From Rebecca billardiae RCC1528 (Eukaryota; Protista; Haptophyta): DNA of 64,000 nucleotides. The stretch covers positions 434,001-498,000 of the forward strand of contig OZ251234.1 of the NCBI GenBank assembly GCA_965240325.2, written 5' to 3'. Below are positions 42,907-55,400 of the stretch, piece by piece. The notes below the pieces were generated by a model. That model saw only the letters and a list, made by a program, of their open reading frames with translations. It was not told where the DNA came from and did not search any database. Position numbers and translations under genes: made by a program. The stretch's first letter is position 1; each line of letters begins with the position of its first letter.

Positions 42907-45900
42907 ACAGGTGGATACGGGCTAACTTCAGCCGAGAGAGGTGGCATTGCCACCTCTCGCGCGAGTTGGGGAAACGTTGAGTTCCCGAGTTTTTACACGG
43001 GGCGGCAATTTCTGGCGCGCGCAATCTTCCGATTTTAAGGCGGTGGGTGGCGCCGCCGCCGTCGCGCTCTCGACGCGCGCGAGCTGCGCGCGCGCGGCGG
43101 CGGTTTTGGCCGCGCGGCACTGGGCCGGCTGGGTCCGCACGGCCGAGGAGGCCACTCTTGCCGCGGTGGTCGTGGCGCGGGGACGTCCCCGCCGCTCGCC
43201 AACCTCCCGCGAGCGCCTCGCGCCGCCTCGCGCCGCCTTCACGCCATCTCCGCGCGCCAACTGCACGCTCTGGACGCCTCGGCGGCAGAGCCGCGCGCGG
43301 CGCGGTTGTGTGCCGTGTAGACTGGGCCCATGCGCGTCCGCTGTCGGTGCGCCCCGGCCACGCGCGCGCGCAGCCCAGACCTCTCGCCTCACGCGTCGCC
43401 GCCGAGCACGGCTGTGCACCTCAGTCTGCCGTGGTGCCGCGCGCGCGGCCGAGCGAGCAGGCGACGCGTTGTGGAGCGTGTGACGCACGAGACGGGAAGG
43501 CGTCCGAGCGTCGGAGCCACCGCCGACCGGCGGCGCGCACGCGATCGGCTTGAGCCATCGGCGCCGACGGCGCGCGCGCGCTGAGCCAGCTGAAGGCTTG
43601 TGCGCCATGGCACGGCAGCCGCCAATCGCGGCCTGCGGCCGTACTGTGCGGCAGGCGCGCTCGGTGCGGGCGCTTCGGGGCGTGGCCTCACGAGACCGGA
43701 GCCCCTGGAAGCGCGACGCCTATGAGCTCGCCCCGGCCTGAGTGAGCGCGCATCTGTCAGTGATCGGCACACGCAGCAGCACGGGGTGGCCGTCGTCATG
43801 AGCTCCGCGCTGAGCGCTCCCACGCTGGGTGTCGACCAGGCACAAAGAACAAGCGAGCATGCGCACTTTTGAAGTTCTCACCTGCATGGTGCGGCGCTAG
43901 GCGTGCACGGTCATGCTGGCGCATGCGAGACCATTCAGCAGGGCTGTGTGCGATGGCCGGCGGCGCAGGCGCCACGCGTGCGTGTGCGCTGTCTCCGTAC
44001 CGGCGGAAGGCTGGGATCCCAGTATCCCACCCTTCACCTACGCTGACACCTTGAAAAGCTCGTGTCAGCCAGAAACGCGAGCTTCGAGCGCCGCGCGGCC
44101 AGGTAGCACGACCCACTATTCAGCCCATGTAGTCGGATGACCTGAGCAGCAGTTGGCATCATCGCGCGTGGGCGCGCGCACACGCCACCTCGGGCCAACG
44201 TGAGAGTGCGTCGGGCGGGCGCGTGTGCGCACGAATCGAGTGTCAGCAGCAGCGCTCGCTCGCGCTCACCGAGGAGACATACTTGCTCGCTGGTCGTCTG
44301 GGTCAGCAGGCTACCAGCCGTGGTAGACGTTGCAGCAGCTGGGATGGAAGGAGATACAGTCTCAAACTTCCTGGTAAGCAGTCGGTCTGCGCAGACGCGG
44401 CTGCTCCCGGCGCACAAGGACCGTGCGCCGTGCGTGAGAGAGAGAGCTGCCGTGGCGCGCCCACCTCGGAGTCAGCGGACCAGCAGCACTGCAAACATGG
44501 AACTGTGCGGTTCAACTGGAGGGTTACGACTTCTGACTGGTATAGTCACTCTCTCTGTCAATGGAAGCACGTGGCTGGCATCGGACAGACGCTCAGATGA
44601 AACGCGTTGAGGCAGGTGCGCGGCAGCATGCGAGTGCTCGCGTGCGTGCGCGCAAGAGCACACGGGCCAAGGTAAGTGCCGGGGGTCATACATCTACTCT
44701 TCACGCGGCGCCGTGCGGTGTGTCGTGGCGCGCTCAGCGCGGCCGTGTCAAGGTCATGGCTCATGACGACGGCCACCCCGTGCTTCTGCGTGTGCCGATC
44801 ACTGACAGATGCGCGCTCACTCAGGCCGGGGCGAGCTCATAGGCGTCGCGCTTCCAGGGGCTCCGGTCTCGTGAGGCCACGCCCCGAAGCGCTAGCACCG
44901 AGCGCGCCTGCCGCACAGTACGGCCGCAGGCCGCGATTGGCGGCTGCCGTGCCATGGCGCACAAGCCTTCAGCTGGCTCAGCGCGCGCGCGCCGTCGGCG
45001 CCGATGGCTCAAGCCGATCGCGTGCGCGCCGCCGGTCGGCGGTGGCTCCGACGCTCGGACGCCTTCCCGTCTCGTGCGTCACACGCTCCACAACGCGTCG
45101 CCTGCTCGCTCGGCCGCGCGCGCGGCACCACGGCAGACTGAGGTGCACAGCCGTGCTCGGCGGCGACGCGTGAGGCGAGAGGTCTGGGCTGCGCGCGCGC
45201 GTGGCCGGGGCGCACCGACAGCGGACGCGCATGGGCTCAGTCTACACGGCACACAACCGCGCCGCGCGCGGCTCTGCCGCCGAGGCGTCCAGAGCGTGCA
45301 GTTGGCGCGCGGAGATGGCGTGAAGGCGGCGCGAGGCGGCGCGAGGCGCTCGCGGGAGGTTGGCGAGCGGCGGGGACGTCCCCGCGCCACGACCACCGCG
45401 GCAAGAGTGGCCTCCTCGGCCGTGCGGACCCAGCCGGCCCAGTGCCGCGCGGCCAAAACCGCCGCCGCGCGCGCGCAGCTCGCGCGCGTCGAGAGCGCGA
45501 CGGCGGCGGCGCCACCCACCGCCTTAAAATCGGAAGATTGCGCGCGCCAGAAATTGCCGCCCCGTGTAAAAACTCGGGAACTCAACGTTTCCCCAACTCG
45601 CGCGAGAGGTGGCAATGCCACCTCTCTCGGCTGAAACTGGACACAGGGGCTATCTGGACACTCAGCGGGCGGCGGGCCTCGTGGCGAGGGCTCGTGGGCG
45701 AACGAGCACGAGCGCCCACTGGCGGGTCGCCACGACGGCGCACGATGTTCGCTGAACTCACCTGGTCGTGAGACGTCGTCTGCGCACGCGCCAGGTCGCG
45801 CTTCTCGCCGCCTTCGCCTTGTTTCGTGAGTCCCGCGCACAAGGGCGAACGCCAGCGTTTCAAGCCGCAAGGCGCGTGCGCGGACTCAGGAAGGGCGGAC

Positions 45901-46213
45901 TCCGAGGCAAGGCGCGGTTGCGCTGGCGTGGGTAGGTCCAAGAGCAACCGTCCGAGCCGCTGCACACGCTTTTCCTCCGCGCGCGCGTCTCTGAGCTCGA
46001 TTCCCATGCCTCAGCCAGTGCCAGGGGCTAATTGGACAGTGCCATTGCGGCCGCCACGCGCGGAGACGGGCCCGCAGCGCAGAAAGCGCGCTGCGGCGGA
46101 ACTCCGGGGACCCCCTGAAGTCCGTCCCTGGCGCCCCTTCGACCCCAATGCTCCCAGGGAGGCCTCCGCGTGAGTTGGGTCGGCCACTGTCCAGATCACC
46201 CGTATCGACCTGT
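42907..46213. mobile_element. older MITE (CAGG termini, Tc1/mariner-like) whose left TIR is interrupted by the foldback element
   Basis: Rejoined left end ACAGGTGGATACGGGCTAACTGGACA vs reverse complement of right end ACAGGTCGATACGGGTGATCTGGACA; TA on the right side. Confidence 0.6.
42928..45634. mobile_element. foldback-type element with ~880-bp inverted arms and 4-bp AACT TSD
   Basis: 42928-~43817 is the near-perfect reverse complement of ~44731-45634; AACT flanks both ends; ~0.9-kb non-coding spacer. Confidence 0.88.
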
Positions 46214-46434
46214 ACCGTCCCGGTCAGCACTCAATATTAATGATGTCCGGGAGTCGGGAGATAGGAATTATGCAGTATGCACCCACGCTACCCGCATTAC
46301 TAGATAATGATGAGTAATGTTCTGGTGGTAATCGAGGATCTGGACGGACGATCCCAAGCTATTCTTCCGCCTTTGAGCGCCGGCCGCCCCCCGGGCGGCC
46401 GCCGCCTTTCCCCGGCGTGTTGCCGACACGCGAC

Positions 46435-49400
46435 ATGTCCCCGCGTGCTATGCTGCCGCTCTTCCTCGCCCTCGCGGCGTCGGCGGCGCTGACGTGCAGC
46501 GCGGCGTTCCTCGAGTCGCTCCCGCTGAACGTGACGAGCGTGATCCCGGGCTCCCCGCGCTCGCTCGCCTCGTCGGCGCCGCGCAGCCTCTCGCGCCGCG
46601 ACGCGATCACGATGGTCTTCTCGCGCGCGGTGATTGCGCTCGGCGCCGACTGGGACGGCGCGCCGCCGGCGTTCGAGCTGGACCCTCCGACGACGCCGGG
46701 CAGCTTCCGCTGGGTCACCACCGCCATCGCGCGCTTCGATCCCGAGGAGGACTGGCCGCCCGACCTCGACCTCACCGTCGCGCCCGCGCGCGGGCTCGCA
46801 ACCTTTGACGGCGTCGGCCTGCGCGAGCGCGTCGAGGTGCGGTACCGCACGCCGGCGCTCACGATGTACCTGGCGCACGTGCAGTCAGCGCGCGCGACCA
46901 ACGCGACCGACGGCCTCTGGGACGCGCGCACCGCGCCCGTCGAGCCCGGCTACGCCGAGCTGCCGCCGGACGGCGCTGTCCTCCTGACCTTCTCCGCGCC
47001 CGTCGACCCGGCGGCGACCGTCGGCGCGCTCCGGCTGCGCGCGCCGGGCGGCGGCGCGCTGCGGCGCGTGCACGGGCGCGGGGGCACGTCGGCGCCGGTG
47101 CCCGGCCTCCGGCTCGGCTGCGACCAGGACCCCGCCGCGCGCAACACCACGCTGTGCGTCGAGCTGTCGGCGCCGTTGCCGCCGGGCGCGCGCGTGCTGC
47201 TGCTGCTGCCAAAGGGGAGCCGCGCGCACGCGCTCTTCGGGCCGACGCGCGCGGATCTGTCGGTGGAGCTCTCGGGCCTGGCGCCGTTCGCGTTCCCGTT
47301 CCTCCAGACCGAGCCCAAGCCGTACGGCCTGCGCCCCAAGTACCGCCGCCTCGACCTGTGGCTCCGGCACGGGCTGGGCGCGGGCGCGGGCGCGCCGCCT
47401 GCCGCGCTCGGCTCGGCCGCAGAGGCGACGGCGCTGCTCGCGCTGAGCAGCGCGATGACGGTGGAGCCCGCGCTGCCGTTCAACCTCTCGCGCCCGTCGC
47501 CCGGCGTCCTGCGCCTCGCCGCGCCCTTCGAGGGCGAGACCCAGTACAAGATCACCGTCGACGCGGCCAAGGCGGCGCGCGCCGCGCGCGAGGCGAGCGC
47601 GCCGCGCGGCGGCGACGGCGGCGCCGCGGCCGCGCTCATCGACGCGTTCGGCCTCGAGTTCGGCGGCGGCTCACTCCGGTCGGACGTGGCCTCGCCGAGC
47701 GCCGTCGCGCACACCACCTTCGTCACGCAGCGCCTGCCGCCCTTCCTCTGCGACTCGGGAGGCCACGCGTTCTTCATGCCCTCAGGCGCGGACGAAGACG
47801 CGGACGCGGACGCGGACAAGCAGGACACGGCGGCGAGCGCGGCAAGCGGGGGCGGCACGGGCGGCGCGCCGGCTGCGCTGCTCATGCTCGCGCGCGGGCA
47901 GAACCACTGCCTCGGCGGCGAGGAGGCGTGCAAGCTGCGCGCGCTCGCCGAGCAGGAGCCCACCGACCCCACCCTCGCCGCACTGCGCGCCGAGTGGGGT
48001 CTGAGCGCGCAGGACGCTGCCAGGCTGCGCGAGCGCGCGCGCGAGGCGCGCGCGGCGAAGCTGCTGGCGGACCCCAACTACGGCGCGCCGGTGACGGTGA
48101 CGCTCGCGGCGGTGGACGAGGCGTCGCTCCCCGCCGCGATCGCCACCGTGCTCTCCGATCGGCACGACTACGTCCCGCCCGCCGGCGCCTCCATCCGCAG
48201 CGGCGACGAGTACGCGCCGCCCGGCGCGCGCGCCGAAGGCTCGGCGCACGCGCCGCCGCGGCCACGGCCGTCGCTCTTCGCGCGCGGCGCGCGGCCGGGC
48301 GCGGAGGTGCGCGTGCCCGGCTCGAACGGGACGTCGTCGCTGCTCCTGCCCACCGCCGCCGCGCTCGGGCCCACCGGCCTCGCCGTGCGCACGCGCTGGG
48401 CCTCCTTCGACGAGCGCGCGCGCACGGTCGGGTCCGAGCCCACCGGCGCCCGTAAGAGCTCGCACTGGCTGGGCGCGCCCCGCTACGGCGCGCTGGCGCT
48501 GGCGTCGTATGCGGCGAGGCGCGGCGCGGGCGGCGAGGCGGCGGAGCTGGCGCTGTGGGTCACGCGGCTTGGCGGCGGCGGCGGCGTGGCGCCGGGAGTG
48601 CGCGTCGCGCTGTACACCACCCTCCGCCCGCAGCCGGGCGTGATGCGCCCGGAGCACGTGCAGCTGGTGGCAGAGGCGACGACAGACTCTCACGGGGTGG
48701 CCTTGCTCGCGCTGCCGCAGCCGTGGGCGGCGGAGGTGGAGGCGTGGGACGCGCGTGTGGGCGCGCAGCGCACGCTCGTCGGCGCGGTGCTTGACGGCAC
48801 CGGGCACATCACGCTCCTCCCGGCCATCGAGCCGCGCCCAGCGCTGCCGCAGCCGAGCGGCGCGCGCGCCTCCCTCGCCCTCGACGCGGCGCTGTACCGC
48901 CCCGGGGACGTCGTCCGGGTGAAGGGGTGGGTGCGCGAGCGGAGGGCGGAGGAGGGCGCGGCGGGCGCGGGGCGCGGCGGGCCGCCCGGCCGGTTCACGC
49001 CGGGCGGCTCGCCGCTCGCCGTCGCGCTCGCGCGCGCCGCCTCGGGCGCGGACGGCGCGGACGACGACTCGGCGGAGGCGGCCGCTGCCGCCGCGGCCGC
49101 CGCAACGCCCTCCCTCGCCGTGCCGGCTGCCGCCGCCACGCGCCGGCTGCGGCTGCGCGTGCGCTGGCGCGCGCCGCACGACAAGGGCTCGTCGGGCGAC
49201 CGCGGCGCGCAGCTCGGGTACACGCCCCACGACGACCCCGTCTCCGCCACCGACGGCCTCACCGAGCTGCCCCTCGACGCAGACGCGGAGTTTGGCGCGT
49301 TTGAAGCGCAGCTCGCCGTTCCGCCCGACGCAGAGCGCGCGCCCACCAGCCTCGAGCTGTGGAGCGAGCCGGACAGTCCGGACGGCGCGGAGGCGCTGGT

Positions 49401-52400
49401 GCTCGAGATGCTCGAGGACCTCGGCGAGGGCGGCGCCGCGCCGCGCGCTGAACCCGAGCTTCTCGCCTCCGCGCCGCTGCTCGTCGCGGAGCCGCGGCCG
49501 CCGACGGTGGCGCTCGAGCTCAGCGCGGTCGGCGCGCCGGCCGGCGCGGCGGTCGGCGCGGCGGGCGGCGCGGCGGTGAGCACGTTCTCGACGTTCGCCG
49601 ACGGCGAGCCCGTGCGCGTGCGCGTGCGCACGGCCACGTACCTCGGCGTGCCCGTCGGCCGCGCGCCCGTCAGCGTCGACTGGTCCGTCCGCGGCGCGTA
49701 CGGCGGCGGCGGCGGCGCGGTGCCGGCGGGCGCGAGCGCGCGCGCGCCGGACGCGGCGTGGACCGCCGACCTGCGCGCGCTCAGCGGCGGCGGCGGCGGC
49801 GCGGGGTCGGCTTCCACGCTGGCGGCGGGCGCGGAGGGCGGCGCGGAGGCCGCGCCGACGAGCGGGCGCATCGAGCTCACCACCGACGACGACGGCCTCG
49901 CCCTCCTCACCCTCGACGCCAAATCGCATGCCGACGCATTCGACGCGCTCGCCGCCGCGGCCGAGGGCGGCGCGCTGAGCGTGCACGCGCGCTGGGTCGG
50001 CCCGACGCGCGAGCTGGTGACGGCGAGCCTCGAGCTGGGCGCGGTGGCGGGGCCGGGCGGCGGGCGGCTCGCGCTGGCCACCTCGCCGCCCATCCCGCTC
50101 CCCGGCTACGACTTTGGCGTCGCGACGCACTTTGAGGTCGACGCCGACGCCGACGCCGACGCGGCGGCGGCGGCCGACGCCGCGGCCGGCGGCGGCGGCG
50201 GCGGCGTGGCTATGGACGTGGCGCTCTTCGCGGCGGAGGCGGCGCCGTCCGCGGCGCACGTGCGCGCGCACGGGCTGTCCGAGCTCAGCGCCGCGCTCGC
50301 GCACACCTCGTGCGCCGCCAACGCGCGCGCCTTCGGTGCGGACGCGCACGGCTGCCTGCTCCGCATGCCCGCGCGCGCGGCCGCGACCGTGCTCGTGGCG
50401 TGCGCGCGGCGCGGCGGCGCAGCGCGCGGCGCGGCCGACGCGCCGCCGCTGGCGTGCGCGGCGGCGCGCGTGGGCAAGTCGGCGTCGGAGTGGTCCGCCT
50501 CGCCGCTCGCGCGCCTCGACCCCTCGGGCGGCGCCGCCCACTTCTTCGCCGACAAGGCCGAGTATCGTCAGGGCGATCTCGCCACGATCTCGTGGGTTGC
50601 GCCGCACGCGGCCGGCGCGCACGCGCTCGCGCTGTGGGGCGACGAGCGCGCGCTGCGCTCGAGCTCGGCGCGCGCGCTGCCGAGCGGCGCGCAGAGCCTT
50701 GCGCTCCGCCTCGGCGCCGAGTGCGCCACCGGCTGCGGCCTCGCGCTCGCGCTCGCCGCGCCCGCGCGCGCGGCGCCGCTCGCGCTGCCAGCCGCCGTCG
50801 CTACCTCAGCGCTCGCCGACACGCGCGCGCCCACCGCGCTGCTGCTGCGGCGCACGCTCGCCGTGCGCGCGCCGCCGCCCGAGCTGCGTGTCGAGCTCTC
50901 GGTCGAGCCCGGCTCGGCCCCGCCGCCCGGCGCCGGCGCGCCCGCGGCCCCGCACCTCGCGCCGGGCACCTCCGCGCGCGTGCGCGTGCGCGTGCGCGAC
51001 GCCGCCACCGGCGCCGCGCCGCCGGGCGGCGCGCAAGTGTCCCTGCTCGCCATCGAGCGCTCGATGCTCGACGTGCTGCCGCACGCGCTGCCCGTGCCGG
51101 AGGCGGCGTTCGCCGAGCTGCGCGCGCGGCGCGCGGCGCCGCCCGCCGCGCAGTACCTCTCCCAGCCCCACCCCTCCGCCGCTGACGCCGTGCTCTCCTC
51201 CGCCGCCGTCTACGCGCGCGCGGCGGCCGCGATCGGGCGGCTGAGCGGCGCGGAGCCCTGGTGGCGCCCGCCGTCGGGCGCGGCGTGGGCGCGGCTGGAC
51301 GCGTCGGGCGGCGGGTGGGGCGGCGGGTACGCCGGGCGCTGGGACGGCGGGTACGGCGGCGCGGCCGAGCCCGACCTAACGCGCGCCCTCGAGCAGAACC
51401 TGACCACCCTGCTCGCGGCCATGGCCACGCGCATCACCGCCTGCCCGAACGGCTGCAGGCCGGGCGGCGGCGGCGGCTGGTTCGGGGACGGCTGGGGCGA
51501 GGAGGGGTTCGGCATGATGCGCAGCCGCTCGGTGCGCTTCGAGGCGATGGACGCCATGAGCTTCGGCGCCGCGCCCGTGATGATGATGGAGGCCGAGGCG
51601 ATGGACGACGGCGGCGGAAGCGGCGGCGGCGGCGGCGGCGGCGGCGCAAAGGCCATGCGCTCGCGCGCCGCCGGCGGCGCCGTCGAGGCCGAGTCGGCGG
51701 CGGGCGCGGCGGAGGCGGGCGCGGGCGGCGGCGCGCCGAGCATGGCGCTGCGCACCCACTTCGAGCGCGTCGGCCTGTGGGCGCCCACCCTGCGCGTCCC
51801 CGCCTCGGGCGAGGCGGTCGTTTCGTGGAACCTGCCGGACAACGTGGGCACGTGGGTGGTGCGCGCGCACGCGGCCTCGGCGTCCGCCGGCGCGTTCGGC
51901 CAGGCGGAGACGAGCGTGGTGGCGGCGCGCGCGCTCTCGCTGCTGCCCTCCGCGCCGCGCCTCGCGCGCGTCGGCGACCGCTTCGCCTGCGGCGTCAGCG
52001 CGCGCATCGTCGACGCCCAGGCGCTCTTCGCCGCCGCGGCCGACGCCGGCGGCGCCGGCGGCGCCGGCACCGACGGCGGCGGCGGCGGTGCCCACGGCGC
52101 CGATCCGCCTTCCGTGGAGCTGCGGCTGTACGTCGCGGTGCAGCGCGCGGACGGCCCGGCGCCGGGCGCCGACGCGCAGCCCCCGCTGCCGCTCTCGCTC
52201 GCCCCCGCCGACGCCGCGCACCCCGACGCACCCGCCGCGCGCGCGCGCGTGAGCCGCGCGGCCGCGGCCGCGCCGGTCGAGCTGACGGCGACTCTCGAAG
52301 CGGCGGCGCTCGGCGCCGCCAACCTGACGCTGCGGGTGGAGGCGGTGCGCGTCGGGGGCGGCGGGGCGGTGCTCGCGAGCGACTCGCTCACGCACGCCCT

Positions 52401-55400
52401 CGCCGTCGAGCCCGCCGCGCCCTCCGTCCGTGTCGCCACCACCTTCTCCGTCGACGGCGACGCGGCGGCCCTGCGCGAGCTGGACGCGGCGGCGGCGCGC
52501 GCGGACGCGCGGCTGAGCGGCGCGGGCGCGGGCGTGGGCGCGTCGGAGCGCGCGCTCGGCGCGGCGCGGGGGCACCCGGCGCGCGAGTACGCCAAGTGCG
52601 CCGTGCTCCCGTGGCGCGAGGGCCTCGCCTTCCCGCCCGCCGAGCCGGGCTCGGGCCAGATTGCGATCTCGGCGGGCGTCGGGTTTGAGGCAGCGGCGCG
52701 CGCGCTCGCCGCCGGCGCGGACGCGGCGGTGGCGCACGCGACGCGCGAGGGCGCGAGCGCGGACGAGCTGCACCGGCTGTCGAGCACGACGCTGCTCGCC
52801 GCGCTCGTCGGCTCGCGCCTCGTCAACGGCACGTACGCCGCCGCGCCCGACGGCGCCGAGGGCGGCGCGCTCGGCGGCCACGCCGCCGTGCGCGGCGCCT
52901 CGCGCGCCGGCGCGCGCCCGCCGCCGGCGGCGCGCGCGTGGGAGGCGGCGGCGGAGGCGGAGCTGCGCGCGCGCACGCGCGAGGACGGCGGCGGGCTGTG
53001 CTCCGTCGGCGGGCGCTGGTGCGGCGCCTCCTCACGCACCGTACACCACCCCTCGCCGCCCGGCGCGTACGGCGCAACGTACGCGTGCGCGCGCGCCTAC
53101 TCTGCGGGCGCGCAATCAGCATGGCCGCCCGAGGCGGCCGCCGACGTGCCGCTGCTCGGCACGGCGCTGCGGCTGCTCGGCGACGCGCTCGCGGCGGGCG
53201 CGCGCGTGCCCGAGGGCGTGCGCGCGCTCGCGCCGCGCTGGGCCGACGCGCTCGGCCGCGCGCTCGCCTGGGACGCCGTGCAGCAAACGTGCGCCGCCGC
53301 GGAGCTGCGCGGCAACGGCGCGGGCGGCGCGGCGGAGGTGGCGGTGGACGCGGCGGCGTGGGCGGCGGCCGCGCTGGGCGTGGGCTGGGCGGAGGGCGCG
53401 GCGGCGCAGCCGTACGCGACGTGGCCCCTCTCCTCCGCGCCCGCCGCGCCGGGCCCCGACGAGCTCAGCTGGCTCGGCGAGACACACGGCGCGGCCGCGG
53501 CCGCGGCGGCGCGCGCGGGCGCGGCGCGCGCGCTGCTGAGCGCGCGCGCGCTGCTGGCGGCGCTCGAGCGCGAGGGGTCCGCGGCGGGGCCGCGCGCGGA
53601 CGCGCTGTTCGCGCTCGGCGTGCTCGCGCCGCCGCCCTCCGCCGCGCTCTCCGCCGCGCAGCCCGCGCCCGACTCGCCCCCGCTCGTGCGCGGCGCGCAC
53701 GCCGCCGCGCGCCGGCTCGTGGGCGGGCTGCGCGTGACTGGGCGCACGGCTTACGTCTCGGCGGCGCCGGGCTCGGCGCACGGCGCGGACGGCGAGACGC
53801 AGGCGCTGGCGCTCGGCGCGCTCGCCGCGGCGACGGCGCGCGCGGCCGCGCACGCCGCCGAGCCGCCGCCCGCCAATCTCGCGCCGCGCCTCGCGCAGAC
53901 GGTCGCGGCGGGCGGCGCGGGCGCGGCCGTGGCGCGCGTCGGCGGCGGCGGCGGCTCGGCCGGCGGCCCTCTGGTCGGCCGCGCGGGCGCGCTGCGAGCC
54001 GCGGCGCTGTGCGCGTACGACGCGGCGACGGGCGGCGCGGCGCCGCACCTGCGCTTCGAGGCGCTCGTCGGGAGCCGCCCGCTCCTCCGCGCCGCCTTCG
54101 ACGCCGACGCGCCCGGCGGCGGCGTGCGCATGGCTGGCGTGGCGATGCCGTGGGCACAGCTCAGCGCGTCCGCGGGCCGCGCCGCGCGCGTGCCCGCGGC
54201 GCGCGCGCTGCCCGCGCCCGGCGCGACGAGCGCGCGCGGGGCGGAGGAGCCGCTGCTCTTCTTCGCGCGCGGGGAGGGCCGCGTGGGCGTCGCGCTCGAC
54301 CTCTCCTTCACCCCGCGCTCCACCGGCGCGCACACCGCGCCGCGCTACCGCGGGCTGCACGTCGAGCGAGCGCTGCGCGCCGAGCGCGCGGACAGCGGCG
54401 GCCGCGCCGGCCGCGCGCTGCGCGGCGCCGCGCTCAACGTGTCGCAGGCGGTGCGCGTGAGCATCTCGGTGACGACGGCGGACGACGTGTCGTGGCTCGT
54501 GGTCGAGGAGCGCCCGCCCGCCGGCCTCGAGCCGCTCGACCCCGCCGTGTACGGCGCGCAGGACGCGGGCGACTCGGCGCTCGACGGCCTGCAGAGCTGC
54601 CCGCGCTGGTACGGCGGGCGCGGGTACGATTCGGGGTATCCGGGGTATTCGGGGTACGGCGGCGGGTGGTGGGGCGCGTGCCTGCCCGCGTTCGAGCGCG
54701 AGATCCGACCGGGGCTGGTGCGCTGGAGCGCGCGCTTCGTCGGCGCGGGCACGCACACGCTGAGCTACACCGCGCTCGCCGCCACCGCGGGCTCGTTCAG
54801 ACTGCCGCCCACGCACGCCTACCTGGAGGAGGAGCCCGAGGTGATGGGGCTGTCGGAGGCGGGCACGCTGGTGGTGCGCGGGCGGGGCGAGGGCGGCGCG
54901 CACCCGCACCCGCCCGACGCGCCCGCGCCGCCCGTCTCGTGCGCCGACATGTCGTGCAGCGGCCACGGCGAGTGCGACACTGCCGCGGGCGCGTGCGCGT
55001 GCGACCCCGGCTGGGCGGGCGGCGCGTGCGAGCGCGAGGCGGGGGCGCACGCGCTGACGGTGGCGCGCGCGGAGGAGGGCGAGGAGCCGGGCTCGGCGGT
55101 GTTCAAGTACGCCGTGCGCCCCGCCGCGTCCGAGGACGACGACGCCGCCGCCGCGCACGCCGACGCGCCCGTGCTCTACGCCTACGCCTTCTCCTCCGAC
55201 GAGGGTGCGCTGCCCGCCGAGCGCGTGAGCATTGACGAGGCCGCGCGCTCGGTGCGCATCCGGCCGCTGCCGCCGAGCGCCGGCGGCGGCGCGGCGTTCC
55301 TCACGCTGGTCGCGTCGCACGACGGCACGTCGGTGCTGAGCCGGGTGCTGCGCGTGCACGTGCTCCCGAGCGGCGCGGTCCGCGCGCTCGCCCTCGACAC

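Noticed and set aside
43818-44730. transposase in the foldback spacer
   Set aside because: Only short ORFs without DDE or other motifs
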